Assembly: GCF_964194155.1 (NCBI RefSeq)
Contig: NC_135888.1
Location: forward strand, 7,192,001-7,256,000
From: Cetorhinus maximus
Taxonomy: Eukaryota
DNA length: 64,000 bases
Direction: 5' to 3'
How positions within the stretch are numbered: position 1 is the stretch's first letter; each line of letters starts with the position of its first letter. The notes under the pieces were generated by a model. That model was not told the origin of the DNA. It saw only the letters and a list, made by a program, of their open reading frames with translations, and ran no database searches. Of this stretch, positions 39,472 through 52,429 are shown in pieces. A program made the position numbers and the translations under genes.

Positions 39472-40167
39472 CTAAATTTTAAAGAAGTCAGAAGTGGATA
39501 AGAAAAAGCTTGCATTTTTACAGCACCTTAAATCATTCTTGGAACTCAAATCCAATGAATTATGTTTTGAAATGCCACAGCCAAATTTCACACATCATAT
39601 ATGACCAAATGAATTATTTGAGTGTTCATTAACACTACTGGAACTTGCCTGCTCCAAAAAACTTCTCACTTGTTACCTCAAGAAACAAGAGGCAGACAAG
39701 GACTCATTTTACATCTTGTCTGAACCATTAGCCTACACTATGCATTCTAAGTATGAAATATGAATGGACAAGTGCTGGAAATACTTAGGTCAGGCAGCAT
39801 CAGGGAAGTAAAAAAGCATCAATTGTGCTGATGAAATATTAACTTGAAACAAACTCTCCACAGATGCTGCCTGACCAGCTAAGCATTTTGTTTTGATTTC
39901 AGATTTCCAACATCTGCAATAGTTTGTATTATATGATCATGTCTCAAATACAACCTGCTCTGATAAGAATGCTACCTATCACTAAATCATGGCAAATTGA
40001 AGAAAGGCTCCCTTTATATCAACACTAGGTTAAAACAAATTAAACATCTAATTGCTCAACATTCCACAGATTAGAGCTTTTGATTAAAATTTAGTTCATA
40101 TGCGAACATATGTATGCACTTCCACAGATCTGAATTAGGTTAAAACTATATCAACACAGGAGACCTA

Positions 40168-40485
<318 letters not shown>

Positions 40486-40545
40486 TTACTATTTCTTCAA
40501 AATTTTTTAAAATTTCCAGAACCACCATAGTAATCTCAAACTTAC

Positions 40546-40658
40546 CAGGAGTAAGTGGTACCAAGATCAATCCCAACCACAGTACCAACACTTTCTTTCT
40601 TATCATCTTCATCAGCAAGGACACTGCTGACAAGCAGTAGAAGCAAATATCCTCTCAT
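40546..40658 (-). CDS. HSPA5: HSPA5 coding exon 1 with signal peptide (exon spans 40546-40700)
   Basis: [37 protein letters not shown]; Hsp70 IDLGTT signature. Confidence 0.95.
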
Positions 40659-41321
40659 TGTGCGGTCGTGCCCTTTTCTCCAGTGATTGATAGATAATCC
40701 CTACATATAATTTAAAAAAAAAGAGGAAAGTTAAGTCAACTAACTTGTACATCAGATTTAACTTAAACACTGGTACACTGACGCTATGGACAATCATTGG
40801 CAACCAGAGTTACATAATCCTTCCCAGTGTAAAGTTAACAGCTAGTAGGAAAGTAAGAAGTTCAAGCGAGTAGCTTTTGAAACGCTAACAAAGGCGAATC
40901 CCTTTAGAGTCAGTAGAGAACAGTCAAAGTGAACCAGTGCCCCGGAAGCCATTTTATAGTCAGCTAACACTAACCCCCCCCCACCCACCCACCCCTTCCC
41001 AACCCAATTGTAATCTAATCCCCCCCCAATACAGATCCTACACACGAACCAGAGGATAAAAATTAAAGGCAGGAAATTATTTTAGTTAATTAAAATCCTA
41101 TTAATCCCACACTATTGTTCTCAGATCCATCCAGTAGCCAATTAACATGGGGAGGTGAGCGCTGCCATGCGGCCCCCGTTGTGCTCTCGCGGATCCCGGC
41201 CCCCCCAAAAACCTTCACTTTCTCGCCATTCACACATCGCAACCCACTAAATCAGGCCGCTCACAATTACTCCCACCACCCTGGGTATGGATCTACTCGC
41301 CGCCCAAAAGGCCCACCTTAC

Positions 41322-41385
41322 CCGCTAATTAACACCGCCCTCGCCCGTTGCAAATGTCTCCTATTGTCAGCTTCACAAATCTGGT
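41322..41385 (-). other. HSPA5: Putative non-coding first exon of HSPA5
   Basis: Starts ~25-30 nt downstream of the TATA box; GCGG|GTAAGG donor at 41321; acceptor at 40701; TSS is inferred. Confidence 0.7.
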
Positions 41386-41409
41386 ACCGGCGACGCCGCC
41401 GCTCCTGCC

Positions 41410-41487
41410 TTTATATAGGTTCCTGACTTCCCCGTCGTGGAGCGCTGCGATTGGTCGGTGGTCCTTGCGTTGGAGGCTGCTGATTGG
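41410..41487 (-). promoter_or_regulatory. HSPA5 core promoter: TATA box and two ER-stress elements
   Basis: TATATAAA 41410-41417; perfect ERSE CCAAT-CGCAGCGCT-CCACG 41436-41454; variant CCAAT-N9-CCAAC 41469-41487. Confidence 0.92.
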
Positions 41488-42019
41488 GTAGAGGGACCAT
41501 GCTGGCCACTCCGGAGGGTGACACGTACGGGCTTTCGGCGGACGCGTCAGAGGTTGGGGGGGGGGGGGGGGGGGGTAGAGAGGGAAAGTGAGGCTGCCCC
41601 CCTCTCCGTCAAGGCTTGCGGCTATTGGGCAGACCTCGAATCGGCCCGGCCCAATGGCAAGCCGACCTGCGCCCGAGCTCCGGTCGCCATTGAGCCGACC
41701 TGCCGTCAATCAATGGGCGGCTTCATAATCCCCCGCCCTCTTCTCCTCGCCAACGGGCGATTGCGTGCGTGTTGCGTCATTGCAACTCCGCTGCCCCTGG
41801 CGGGTTCTGGAATCTTCAGCGGCTGAATGAAGGTTGGAGCTTGTGTCTGTTGAGCCAGATGGTCTTGCCTTCTGAGTGAGCGGTCGAAAGTTTTTAAAAC
41901 GTAGATTCGGAGCCAACATCTTGCTGCTCCGGTGGTGTTGCGGTGAATGTGGTCTTGGCGCTGCCCCTGGTGCGGTTTCCGTTTCTGACAATGAAATTCA
42001 CTCCCCATATCTGCCATTC

Positions 42020-44640
42020 GGCCTGAGAATGGCCTTTGACCAAGAGTTTTACAGCACGGAAAGAGGCCCTTCGGCCCGTGCTGTCCACGCCGGCCATCAA
42101 GTCCCCTCCCTATCTACTCTAATCCCATTTTCCAGCACTTGGCCTGCAGCCTTCTATGCTATATGGCGTTTCAAGTGTTCGCCTAAACACTTATTAAATA
42201 TTGTGAGGGTTCCTTCCCCTACCACCCTCTCGGGCAGTGAGTTCCAGATACTTCTGGGTGGAAAAAGTTTTCCTCAAATCCTCTCTGAACCTCCTACCCC
42301 TTACATTAAATCTATGCCCCCTGTTTATTGATCCCTCCACTAAGGGGAAAAGTTTCTTTCTATCTACCCTATCTATGCCCCTCATAATTTGGTACCTCAA
42401 TCAGGTCTCTTGACACTTCCTTGACCTCTCTGTCTCAATTTCTGGTGATAGACTGTCCACCAATATTCATTATAAGCCTACCGACTCCCACAGCTACCTC
42501 GACTACAGCTCCTCACACCCCGCTTCCTGTAAGGAGTCCATCCCATTCTCTCAGTTCCTTTGCCTCCGTCGCATCTGTTCTGATGATGCCACTTTCAAAA
42601 ACAGTTCCTCTGACATGTCTTCCTTCTTCCTTAACCAAGGATTTCCACACATGGTGGTTGATAGGGCCCTCAACAGTGTCTGACCCATCTCCCACGCATC
42701 TGCCCTCACCTTCCTCTCCCTCCCAGAACCATGATAGGGTTCCCCTTGTCCTCACTTATCACCCCACCAGCCTTTGCATTCAAAGGATCATCCTCTGCCG
42801 TTTCCGCCAACTCCAGCATGATGCCACCACCAAACACATCTTCTCTTCACTCCCCCTGGCGGCATTCCGCAGGGATCATTCCCTCTGGGACACCCTGGTC
42901 CATTCTTCCATCACCCCCTACACCTCAACCCCCTCCCACGGCACCTTCCCATGCAACCGCAGAAGGTGCAACACCTGCCCCTTTACTTCCCCTCTCCTCA
43001 TTGTCCAAGGGCCCAAACACTCCTTTCAAGTGAAGCAGCATTTCACTTGCACTTCCCTCAATTTAATCTACTGCGTTCGCTGCTCCCAATGCGGTTTCCT
43101 CTACATTGGAGAGACCAAACGCAGACTGGGTGACTGCTTTGCAGAACCTTCGGTCTGTCCGCAAGCATGACCCAGACCTCCCTGTCGCTTGCCATTTCAA
43201 CACACCACCCTGCTCTCATGCCCACGTGTCCGTCCTTGGCCTGCTGCAATGTTCCAGTGAAGCTCTACGCAAACTGGAGGAACAGCACCTCATCTTCTGA
43301 CAAGGCACTTTACAGCCTTCCGGACTGAATATTGAGTTCAACAACTTTAGATCATGAACTCTCTCCTCCATCCCTACCCCCTTTTTCCAATAATTTATGT
43401 ATATTTTTCTTTTCCCACCTATTTCCATTATTTTTAAATGTATTTCCATCCATTGTTTAATCTCTACCTTTTAGCCTTTATCGATCCCTTCCCCCCCACC
43501 CCATCCCCACTCGGGCTATCTGTCCTTTGCTTGTCCTGCTTTCTCATCTTAATGTCACCATTAGCATATTCCTTAGATAATATCACCACCGTCAACACCT
43601 CTTTGTCCTTTTGTCTATGACATCTTTTGGTAATCTCCACTTATCACTGGCCCTCTATCCAGCTCTACCTATCCCACCCTCCCTTAAACCAGCTTATATT
43701 TCACCTCTTTTCTACTTTTCCTTAGTTCTGGTAAAGAGTCATATAGACTCGAAACGTTAACTGTGTTCCTCTCCGCAGATGCTGTCAGACCTGCTGAGTT
43801 TTTCCAGGTATTTTTGTTTTTGTTTCGGATTTCCAGCATCTGCAGTTTTTTGCTTTTATCCTCCACAGCCTTCTCTGCTATAAGGAAAACAACCCCAGCC
43901 TTTCTAATCTCTCTTCATAGCTGAAACGCTCCAGCCTAGGCAACATCCTGGTGAATCTCCTCTGCACCCTCTCCAGTGCAATTGCATCCTTCTTATAGTG
44001 TGGCGAGCAGAATGGCAAACAGTACTCCAGATTTGGCCCTAACTAATGCTTTATACAGCTCCATCATAACCTCCCTGCTCTTGTATTCAATACCTCGACT
44101 AATAAAGGCAAGTATCCCATATGCCTTCTTAACTACCTTATCTACCTGTCCTGCTGCCTTCAAGGATCTATGGACATATACACCAAGGTCCCTCTGATCT
44201 TCTGTTCTACCTAGGGTCCTCCCATTCATTGTGCACTCCCTTGCCTTGTTATCTTCACAAAATGCATCACTTCACAATTTTTGGGATTAAATTCCATTTG
44301 CCACTGTTCTGCCCATCTGACCAGCCCATCTATATCGTCCTGTAGCCTAAGGCTTTCCCCCTCGCTATTTACCGCACCACCAATTTTCGTGTCATCTGCG
44401 AACTTACTAATCATTCCTCCTACGTTCATGTCCAGATCATTAATGTACACTACAAACAGCAAGGGACCCAGCAATGAACCCTGCGGTGCGATACGCCACT
44501 AGCCACAGGATTCCAGTCACAAAAACAACCTTCTACCATCACCCTCTGCCTCCTGCCACTAAGCCAACTTTGGATCCAATTTGCCAAATTGCCCTGGATC
44601 CCATGGGCTCTTACCTTCTTGACCAGTCTCCCATGCGAGA
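42020..44640 (-). mobile_element. CR1 LINE 3' part interrupted by a Penelope element
   Basis: LGPLLFVVYINDLD, ISKFADDTKIGG and RGIEYKSREVM; tail near 42020. Confidence 0.88.
42415..43860 (+). mobile_element. Penelope-like element, 3' half with complete tail
   Basis: CNRRRCNTC and YIGETKRRLGD; reverse complement of 12102-13530 plus the terminal hairpin tail. Confidence 0.92.
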
Positions 44641-44882
44641 CCTATTTGAAATTGTTAGGCCTTTCTAACCTTTATGTAATCTTGGACATAGCATTCCTAA
44701 TGTAATAATGGGAAATAATAGTTGGGAAAAGTCGTGAGTCTGCCTGAGCTATTCAGGCCAGAAAATCTCACGTTCGTTTCCAAATCTATGTCCAATTTAG
44801 TTTTTCATCTGGTAGGAGCTCAAGTTCACCTTTACGGCAGGATCAGGTTTACTTGATGCCTATTGAGATACTTGATGCTTGA

Positions 44883-45728
44883 GATATTTGCAGCCAAAGA
44901 GGTGGAACAGATTCAGGATGGTAGAGAGGTTTATGGAAAGAGCCAGGCTGTGGGGATAATCCAGCCGAAGACTGTGCCACAGATTGTACAGCAGAGAAAA
45001 GAGCAATGCAGAGTAGACCAAAATTCAAAGCTGTCAGAGACTGATGACAGCAAACTGGTCAAAACTATTAACAGATAAAATGTTAACTAGACATGAATGT
45101 AGGAGGTATGATCAGTAAGTTCGCAGATGACATGAAAATTGGTGGTGTAACTAGCAAGGAGGAAAGCCTTAGACTACAGGATGATATAGACTGGCTAGTC
45201 AGATGGGCAGAACATTGGCAAATGGAATTTAATCCTGAGAAGTGTGAGGTGATGTATTTTGTGAGGACTAACAAGGCAAGGGAGTACATGATGAATGGTG
45301 CCTCCAAAATTGAATCGGCTGCCAATACACATGAAGAACGGCCACCAGGTTAAATACCAGACAGCGATAGCAATGTCCTTGTGCTGAAAACCAGAGTCAG
45401 CACCCTCAGGCAGAGGAGTGGTGGAAACAAAGCCAAAGTATTCAAACTGGAATTCGATCAAAGTCTGGCTTGAACTTGCCCAGCAGAATACAAACAAAAA
45501 ACTAAACTTTAGTAATATGGAAAAGCTTAAGATATTCGCAGCCAAAGAGGTGGAACAGATTCAGGATGGTAGAGAGGTTTATGGAAAGAGCCAGGCTGTG
45601 GGGGATAATTCAGCTGAAAACTGCCACAGAGTGTAAAGCGGAGGAAAAAGCAATGCAGAGTAGACCAAAATTCAAAGCTGTCAGAGACTGATGACAGCAA
45701 ACTGGTCAAAATTATTAATAGATAAAAT
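44883..45728 (+). repeat. ~200-bp direct duplication (44883-45080 and 45531-45728) with an inverted CR1 piece at 45085-45298
   Basis: Direct sequence comparison. Confidence 0.88.
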
Positions 45729-46347
45729 TACACATCAATAATGGAAGATATTCAATAAATATTTAACTTAATACAAAGCTAATATATATCTCTAAGGGGC
45801 AAGAGATCTACTTGTCAAATAAAATAGCCATGTTTGACAAAAGGGGTGAGGTAAAATTAAAGGAAAGAGAATACAAAAGTGCAAAGAATAGTCTAGATCC
45901 AAGGAACTGAGAAATATAAAGAACAGTAAAAAAAACAAAAAATAGAGCTGCAAAAGAGGAATAATAATAGTAAACTTCTGGGGACTTCGAATTAACAAAA
46001 TGTTTTACAATTATATATTAGAAAAAAGGGTGGTCTGGGTAATGTGGGGCCTTCAAAACAGACATGGGTAATATTACAAATGGTAGCAAAGAAATGGCAG
46101 ACTTGCTAACTTATTTCCTTTGTGTCAGTCTTCACTGAAGGGAAGAGGATAATATATCTGACAGTTCAGCGAAACTAAATTAATCATTGTCTGAAATTCA
46201 CAAGGAGTCAGGATAATGGGTATGCAATCAAATTGAAAGGAAGTGACTCGTGGTGTCCCTCAAGAATCTCTGCTGAGGTCTCGTCTATTCTATTAAGTTA
46301 AGTAATATTGTGACTTTTTTTCTCTCAATTTTCTTTCCGATTCCCTC

Positions 46348-47085
46348 CAACAAGAGTGAATCTAACCATTTCTCCTTGACATTTAATGATATCACTATCA
46401 CTGAATCCCCTACTATCAAGATCCTGGGGGTTACCCTTGACCAGAAACTGAACTGGGACAGCTATATAAATACTGTGACTACAAGAGCAGGTCAGAGTCT
46501 GCAAATTCTACTGATTCACCTGATTCTCCAAAGCCTGTCCACCATCCACAAGGCACAAATCAGGGGTGTGATGGAATGCTCTCCACTTGCCTGGATGAGT
46601 ACAGCTCTAAGAACACTTAAGAACCTCGATACCATACAGGACAAAGCAGCCTGCTTGATTGGCACACCATCCACAGCCTTCAACATTCACTCCCTCCACT
46701 ACCAATGCACAGTGGCAGCAGTGTGTATCCTCTTCAAGATGCACTGCTGCAACTCACCAAGGCTCCTTCGTAGCAACTTCCAAACTCTTGACCTCGACCA
46801 CCTTGAAGGACAAGGGCAGCAGATGCATGGGCACACCACCCACCTGCGAGTTCCCTTCCAAGCCACACGCCATGCTGACTTGGAACTATATCACCGCTCC
46901 TTCACTGTCGCTGAGCCATAATCCTGGAACTTCCTTCCTAACAGCACTGTGGGTGCAACTACACCACATGCACAGTAGCAGTTCAAGAAGGCAGCTCACC
47001 ACCACCTTCTCAAGGGCAATTAGCAATGGGAAATAAATGATAGCCTCGCCAGCGAGGTTCACATTCTGTGAACAAATAAATAATT
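46348..47085 (+). mobile_element. 3' end of a LINE of the 1-2742 type, inserted in a CR1 (about 45820-47650)
   Basis: IKILGVTLDQKLNW and AQIRGVMECSPLAW; tail shared with the SINE at 20527. Confidence 0.8.
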
Positions 47086-47719
47086 CTTCTTTTAAAATCA
47101 CGATATTAATAGAAAGCTAGATATCCAAGTTTGCAATGACACACAATGGTGGTATAGTAAGTGAAGGTGAGAGCATAAAATTACAAAGAGACAAGGATAG
47201 ATTAAATGAAAATAGGCAAATGGATTTCAATGCAGGTTTGTATGAGGTCGTCCAAGGATTGTTCAATAGTGAATAGTTAAGAACATTGGGGTCCAAAGCG
47301 ATTTAGGGGTCCTTGTACACATCACTAAAATCTAATGGTCAGATACAAATACATTTAATCAAAAATGCTAATGGAACTCTAGCCTTTATATCTAGTGGGC
47401 TGAAATATAAAGGAGAGGACGTTTTTCCACGGTTATTCAAAGGCCTGGTTAGATCACAAATGGAATGCTATGTACGGTTTTGAACACTGCAACTTAGAAA
47501 GGATAAAATGACCTTGGAAGAAGTGCAGCACAGATCCGCAGAATGTTTCCATGCCTACACGGGTTAAATTATGGAGAGAGATTACACAAACTAGCCTTGT
47601 ATTCCCGGGAATATGTAAGGTAAAGGGTGATTTGATTGAGGATTTTAAGCTTTTGCTATTTTCCTCAATCTGGTCCCTACAATTTTTGGGTATTTCTAAT
47701 TTTACTGTTGTTTATATTT

Positions 47720-48590
47720 CTCTCTCCTGGTTCTCCTCCCCCTGCCAAATTAGTTTAAACGCTCCCCAACAATATTAGTTAACCTCTCTGCAAGAACATT
47801 AATCCTGGCTTTAAGGTGTCCTTCCCCTAGAACCAATCCCAATGCCCCAAGAATCTGCACCAGTCTCCATTTACTTCCACTATGTTTCTGTTTCTAATCT
47901 CATTAGCATGTGGCACTGGAGGTAGTCCCAAAATGACCACCTTTGAGGTTTTGATTTTTAATCATTTTCCTAGATCCTGGAGCTCTGTTAAGAACTCAAC
48001 ACTTTTTGTACCTATATCATTGATTCCGCAATGGACCACAATCTCTGGCTGTTTCCCTTCCCCTCACAGAATGTTCTGCCCACACTGGGTTATATCTTTT
48101 ACCCTGGAATCAGACTGGGGGAGGGGGTTGCGGGTGGGTGGGTGCCATAGAATTTATAAATCACATTCATGGTCACAGAAATGCTTGTCTATGCTCGTAA
48201 CTACGAAATCCCCAAGGTATTTCTACTTGTTCCCCCATGTGCAGACAAATCTCTTGTAGTGCCAGCCCTAACTGCATCCCTCCAACCTCACCTCCACCAC
48301 CCCCACCCCTGGTATTCAAAACCGAAAGCCAGTTAGTGAGTTCCACTGACTTGGGGGATTCCTGCACTTCCTCCCAGCCTCTCTGGTGGTCACTCTTCCC
48401 TTACAATAGCTGTAGAGTGACCACCTTCTGGAACATACATTTGAGGAAATCCTCAGATTCCTGGATACAATGCAGTGCCTTCAACTGCTCCTCAAGCTCT
48501 GAAACGCAGAGCTTGAGCAGCTGGCGACATTTCTGGTGCACATGGATATCCAGGATGCATGAAGTGCCCTGGAGTATCCAGGCACAACAT
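47720..48590 (-). mobile_element. Degraded CR1 ORF1 (esterase-like) region
   Basis: ESPKSVELTN and EIVVHCGINDIG-like segments. Confidence 0.55.
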
Positions 48591-48600
48591 GATGCACATG

Positions 48601-49730
48601 CAAAAACAGAATTACCTGGAAAAACTCAGCAGGTCTGGCAGCATCGGCGGAGAAGAAATCAGTTAACGTTTCGAGCCTTCATGGCCCTTCAGCAGAACTG
48701 AAGCATAGTTAGAAGAAGGGAGAAATATAAATTGGTTTAAGGTGGGGGTGGGGGGGTGGTGGTGGTGGGGGGAGAGAGAGACATTGAGGGTGTGGTGATT
48801 GTGGAGATGAGCAGATAATCAAAAGATGTCACAGACAAAAGGGTCAAAGAGGTGTCAGCATCCACAGTAGCTTTTAGCTTTTTGTTTTTATGATGCACAT
48901 GCAATGGGCCTGCCACGATGGCCAATGCACTGACCTTAAAATTCACTCTGAGACCCTGACCACTGGAATACTTGACACAAACCTCTAAAAATCTAAGGCA
49001 CTGACCTGTAAAACTCTTAACAAACTAACCTCTGAAAGACTGGGACACTGAAACAGCGAAATGTTAACTAAAGACACCGGAAATAATATCTATAAATCTG
49101 AAACACAATGGAAAATACCACCAAGTGAATTTCAGCAGTGAAAAACAAACAATTTAATACAACAAATGCTTGCCTGCCACCCACCAATTTGATCCCTCAG
49201 TAGCAGTGAAGTCACTTTTGAACTTTTTGTCTCAGTTTATTGCATACATCTCAGGCTCTGACTTTGTCCTTATTCACTTCCATTAACAAAACATTTTTTC
49301 AGTGTTCAGATCGCTCATTACAAATTACACCTTGTATGTGAGGTCTATTATTCAAAACTGAACATCCACAGAATGTTAGTCTTTCCACCCCACCCCCACT
49401 AGAGCTGTACTTTGAATATCCTGTCTTCCATTCTTAATTAGCACTTTTCTCAGACAAATGTCACCACCTTCGACACCTCTTTGACCCTTTTGTCTGTGAC
49501 ATCTTTTGATTATCTGCTCATCTCCACAATCACCACACCCTCAATGTCTATCTCTCCCTCTCTCTCCCTCCCCCCCCCCCCCACCCACCTTAAACCAATT
49601 TATATTTCTCCCTTCTTCTAACTATGCTTCAGTTCTGCCGAAGGGCCATGAAGGCTCGAAACGTTAACTGATTTCTTCTCCGCCGATGCTGCCAGACCTG
49701 CTGAGTTTTTCCCAGGTAATTCTGTTTTTG
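48601..49730. repeat. Inverted pair of Penelope termini (arms 48601-48856 and 49472-49730)
   Basis: Near-perfect reverse complementarity over ~255 bp. Confidence 0.9.
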
Positions 49731-49874
49731 TCCTGTACCCTCTGTACTGACTCCATCTTTCTTCCTGGCCACTGTCTCAGGCTGAGGTAGACTCTTCGCA
49801 CCTTGGCACTCTGTTCAAGGGAGACAAGTGTCCACATTATTACCCCACCGTCACAAAGACCACCTGGTTCTGAA

Positions 49875-50950
49875 ATCTAAGTAGAAAATGCTGGAAATAT
49901 TCAGAGTACCAGGCAGCTTCTGTGTAGAATGAAACAGAGTTAACATTTCAGGTTGGTGACCTTTCATCAGAACTGGAAAATCGAGCAGATGTAACAGGTC
50001 TTGAGTAAGTCCAGAGGCAGGGAAAGTGGGGGAGGGGATGAAAGAAGAACAAGTAAGGTCAGAGAACAGCAGGAGTGATTAAATTACGAATGGATGATAG
50101 CAAGGCAAAAAATGGGTGATAAGACAAGTAAAGAAAGGATGAATCTCAAGCAACTGTAAATGACAGCAGCAGAATCATTGCTAGCACATGCAGTCTGAAA
50201 AAATGGGAGCAGTGGTTTTGACTTGAAATTGTGAACTCAGTATCAAGTCTGAAAGTTGTAAATCAAAAGGCGAGGTGCTGATCCTCAAACTTCCATTGAG
50301 CTTCATTCGAACAGTAGGAGGCCGAAAATAGAGAGGCCAGAGTGGGGTTGGGGTGAAGAATTTAAATGACAAGCAACCAGAAGCTCAGGGTCACACCTGA
50401 AGATTGAAGGGAGGTGTTCAGCAAAGCAATTACCCAATCTTCATTTTATCTGCCTAATTTAGAGCAGACCACATCATGAGCAATGAATTCAGAATATTAA
50501 TGTGAAGGAAGTGCAAGTAAATTGTAAATTGCTATTTCACTTGGAAGGAGTATATGGAGTCTCGGATGGTGGGAAAGGAGGAGATGAAAGGGCAGGTGTT
50601 GTTTCTCCTGTGTATGCATGGTAAGGTCCTGTGGAAAGGGGAGTGGTTATCGGTTGTGGTGAAAAGGTGGAGCAGGATTTTGCAAAGGGAATGGTTCTTT
50701 GGAATGCTGAAAGGGAAATGGGTGGGAAGATGTGTTTGGTGGTGGTATTGCGCTGGGTGTGGCAGAAATGCGGAAGGATGATCCATTCAGTGTGGAAGCT
50801 GATTGGGTGGAAGGTGAGGACAAGGGGCACCCCCTCAAGGTTTTGGGAGGGAGAGGAAGAATAAGGGCAAAATTGTGGGAAATAAGTAGCCAAGAACCCT
50901 ATCAACCACAGTGGAGAAGTTCATGATAAATGACATATCAGAAGCACTGC
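49875..50950 (-). mobile_element. Older Penelope-like 3' fragment
   Basis: VPLVLTFHP and CIHRRNNTC; hammerhead-like CTGATGAAAGGTC. Confidence 0.8.
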
Positions 50951-51019
50951 TTATGCCTCCTTAACAGTGCCCACCTCTGCTCCTAACACAGCATATCTGG
51001 CACAAAAACAATCAATGTT

Positions 51020-51425
51020 TTTGCCATTTCCAGACTTGATAAAACTAATCGTTTTCTGCACATACCCCATTCTCAACCCTTTGTAAGCCAGTTCATTAAA
51101 AGGTCTGCAAAACTATCCTATCCCTCACCAAGTCATACCTGTCCATCACCCATGTCCTTGCTGACCTACATCGGCTCCTGGTTCCTCAGCACCCTACATT
51201 TAAAATTTCAAATGTTTAATTCCCCTTATCTTAGCAATCTCTTCCAATGCTACACTACCTCCTTTCTGTTCCACTGTGGCTGGCCTGTTATGCACCCTTT
51301 CTCCCTTTGCTCCATCTAGGCCCCTTGCTCTGGGATTCCCTCCCTAAACTACTGCACCTCTCCACTGCCCTTTTCTTTAAGGCCCTTCTTAAAACCCACC
51401 TGTTAGGCCAAACGTTTGGTCACTT
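51020..51425 (+). mobile_element. L2-like 3' fragment
   Basis: ITHVLADLHRL and LWDSLP...FKALLKTHL. Confidence 0.65.
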
Positions 51426-52429
51426 CATCAAAAAAAATTTGGTTCAGGGTTCAAAATACACGGGAGTGGTGGGCAAGCTCCCAAAAAGCCCTGGGAAAAT
51501 CACTTACGGGGGCAACCAGAGAAAATTTTCCCCCTAAACATAGAACTGACAGAATCAGCCTATCAGCAGTAAGCACAGGAAAGAAACAGCCTGCGTACAG
51601 TGAGCAGTGGGAAGGTGAGTGACGACAGTGAGCAAGGCTGGTGAGGCTGGGGGAAAGCGAGGCTGCTGAGGCCTGGGGGTAGAGAGGGAAAGTGAGGCTG
51701 CCGAGGCCAGTGGAGGGAGGGGGAGCAAGGCAGCAAAAAGGGAGAGGGTGGCTGCAAAGTGGGAGAGAACAGTTTTAATTCTATCAACAAAGGAATACTC
51801 GGCTAACTGGAAGCCTAGGAAAACTTAAAATCATTGAGGTAATGAATTCCTGGCAAATGAATGTGGAATCTCTAGCTTAAGGCTGCATAAATTCAGGAGC
51901 TACAATAAAAGGGGAAAAATATAGATTCTATTGTAATGAACACTGCGTTAATTGAACAATACTGAACAGTTTCATTTCATTAGAAAGATTTGCATTTATA
52001 TGTGTTATCACATCTCAAAGTATTCCACTGTGAATTACTTGAGGTGCAGTGTCTGTGTCAGAGACAAACATGCAATCATTTTGCATATACTTAGATCCCA
52101 AATAGTAATAAACAATTTGCATTTTTATAGTGCTTTTTATGACTTTAGGATATTCCAAAGTGCTTTACAGTCAATGAAATACTTTAGAAGTGTAGTCGCT
52201 GTTGTAATGAAGGAAATGCCATGTGGTAAATGATCAGTTAACTTAGGGAAGTCTAGGGCTAGGGAGCATAATCTAAAAATTGAAACTACGTCTTTCAGGA
52301 GTGAAATTGGGAAACACTTCTATGCTCAAAGGGTGGTAGAAGTTTGGATCTCTCTTCCGCAAACAGCAATTGATGCTAGATCAGTATCAAAGCTAGATCG
52401 ATTATTAAATTTAATTATGAGATTGAGAT

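Noticed and set aside
41329-42017. ORFs across the HSPA5 promoter
   Set aside because: Stop-poor frames typical of a GC-rich island; no recognisable protein
49174-49869. Many in-frame TGA codons as selenocysteine or readthrough recoding
   Set aside because: TAA stops, frameshifts and a transposon insertion occur in the same gene model; CpG decay explains the TGAs more simply
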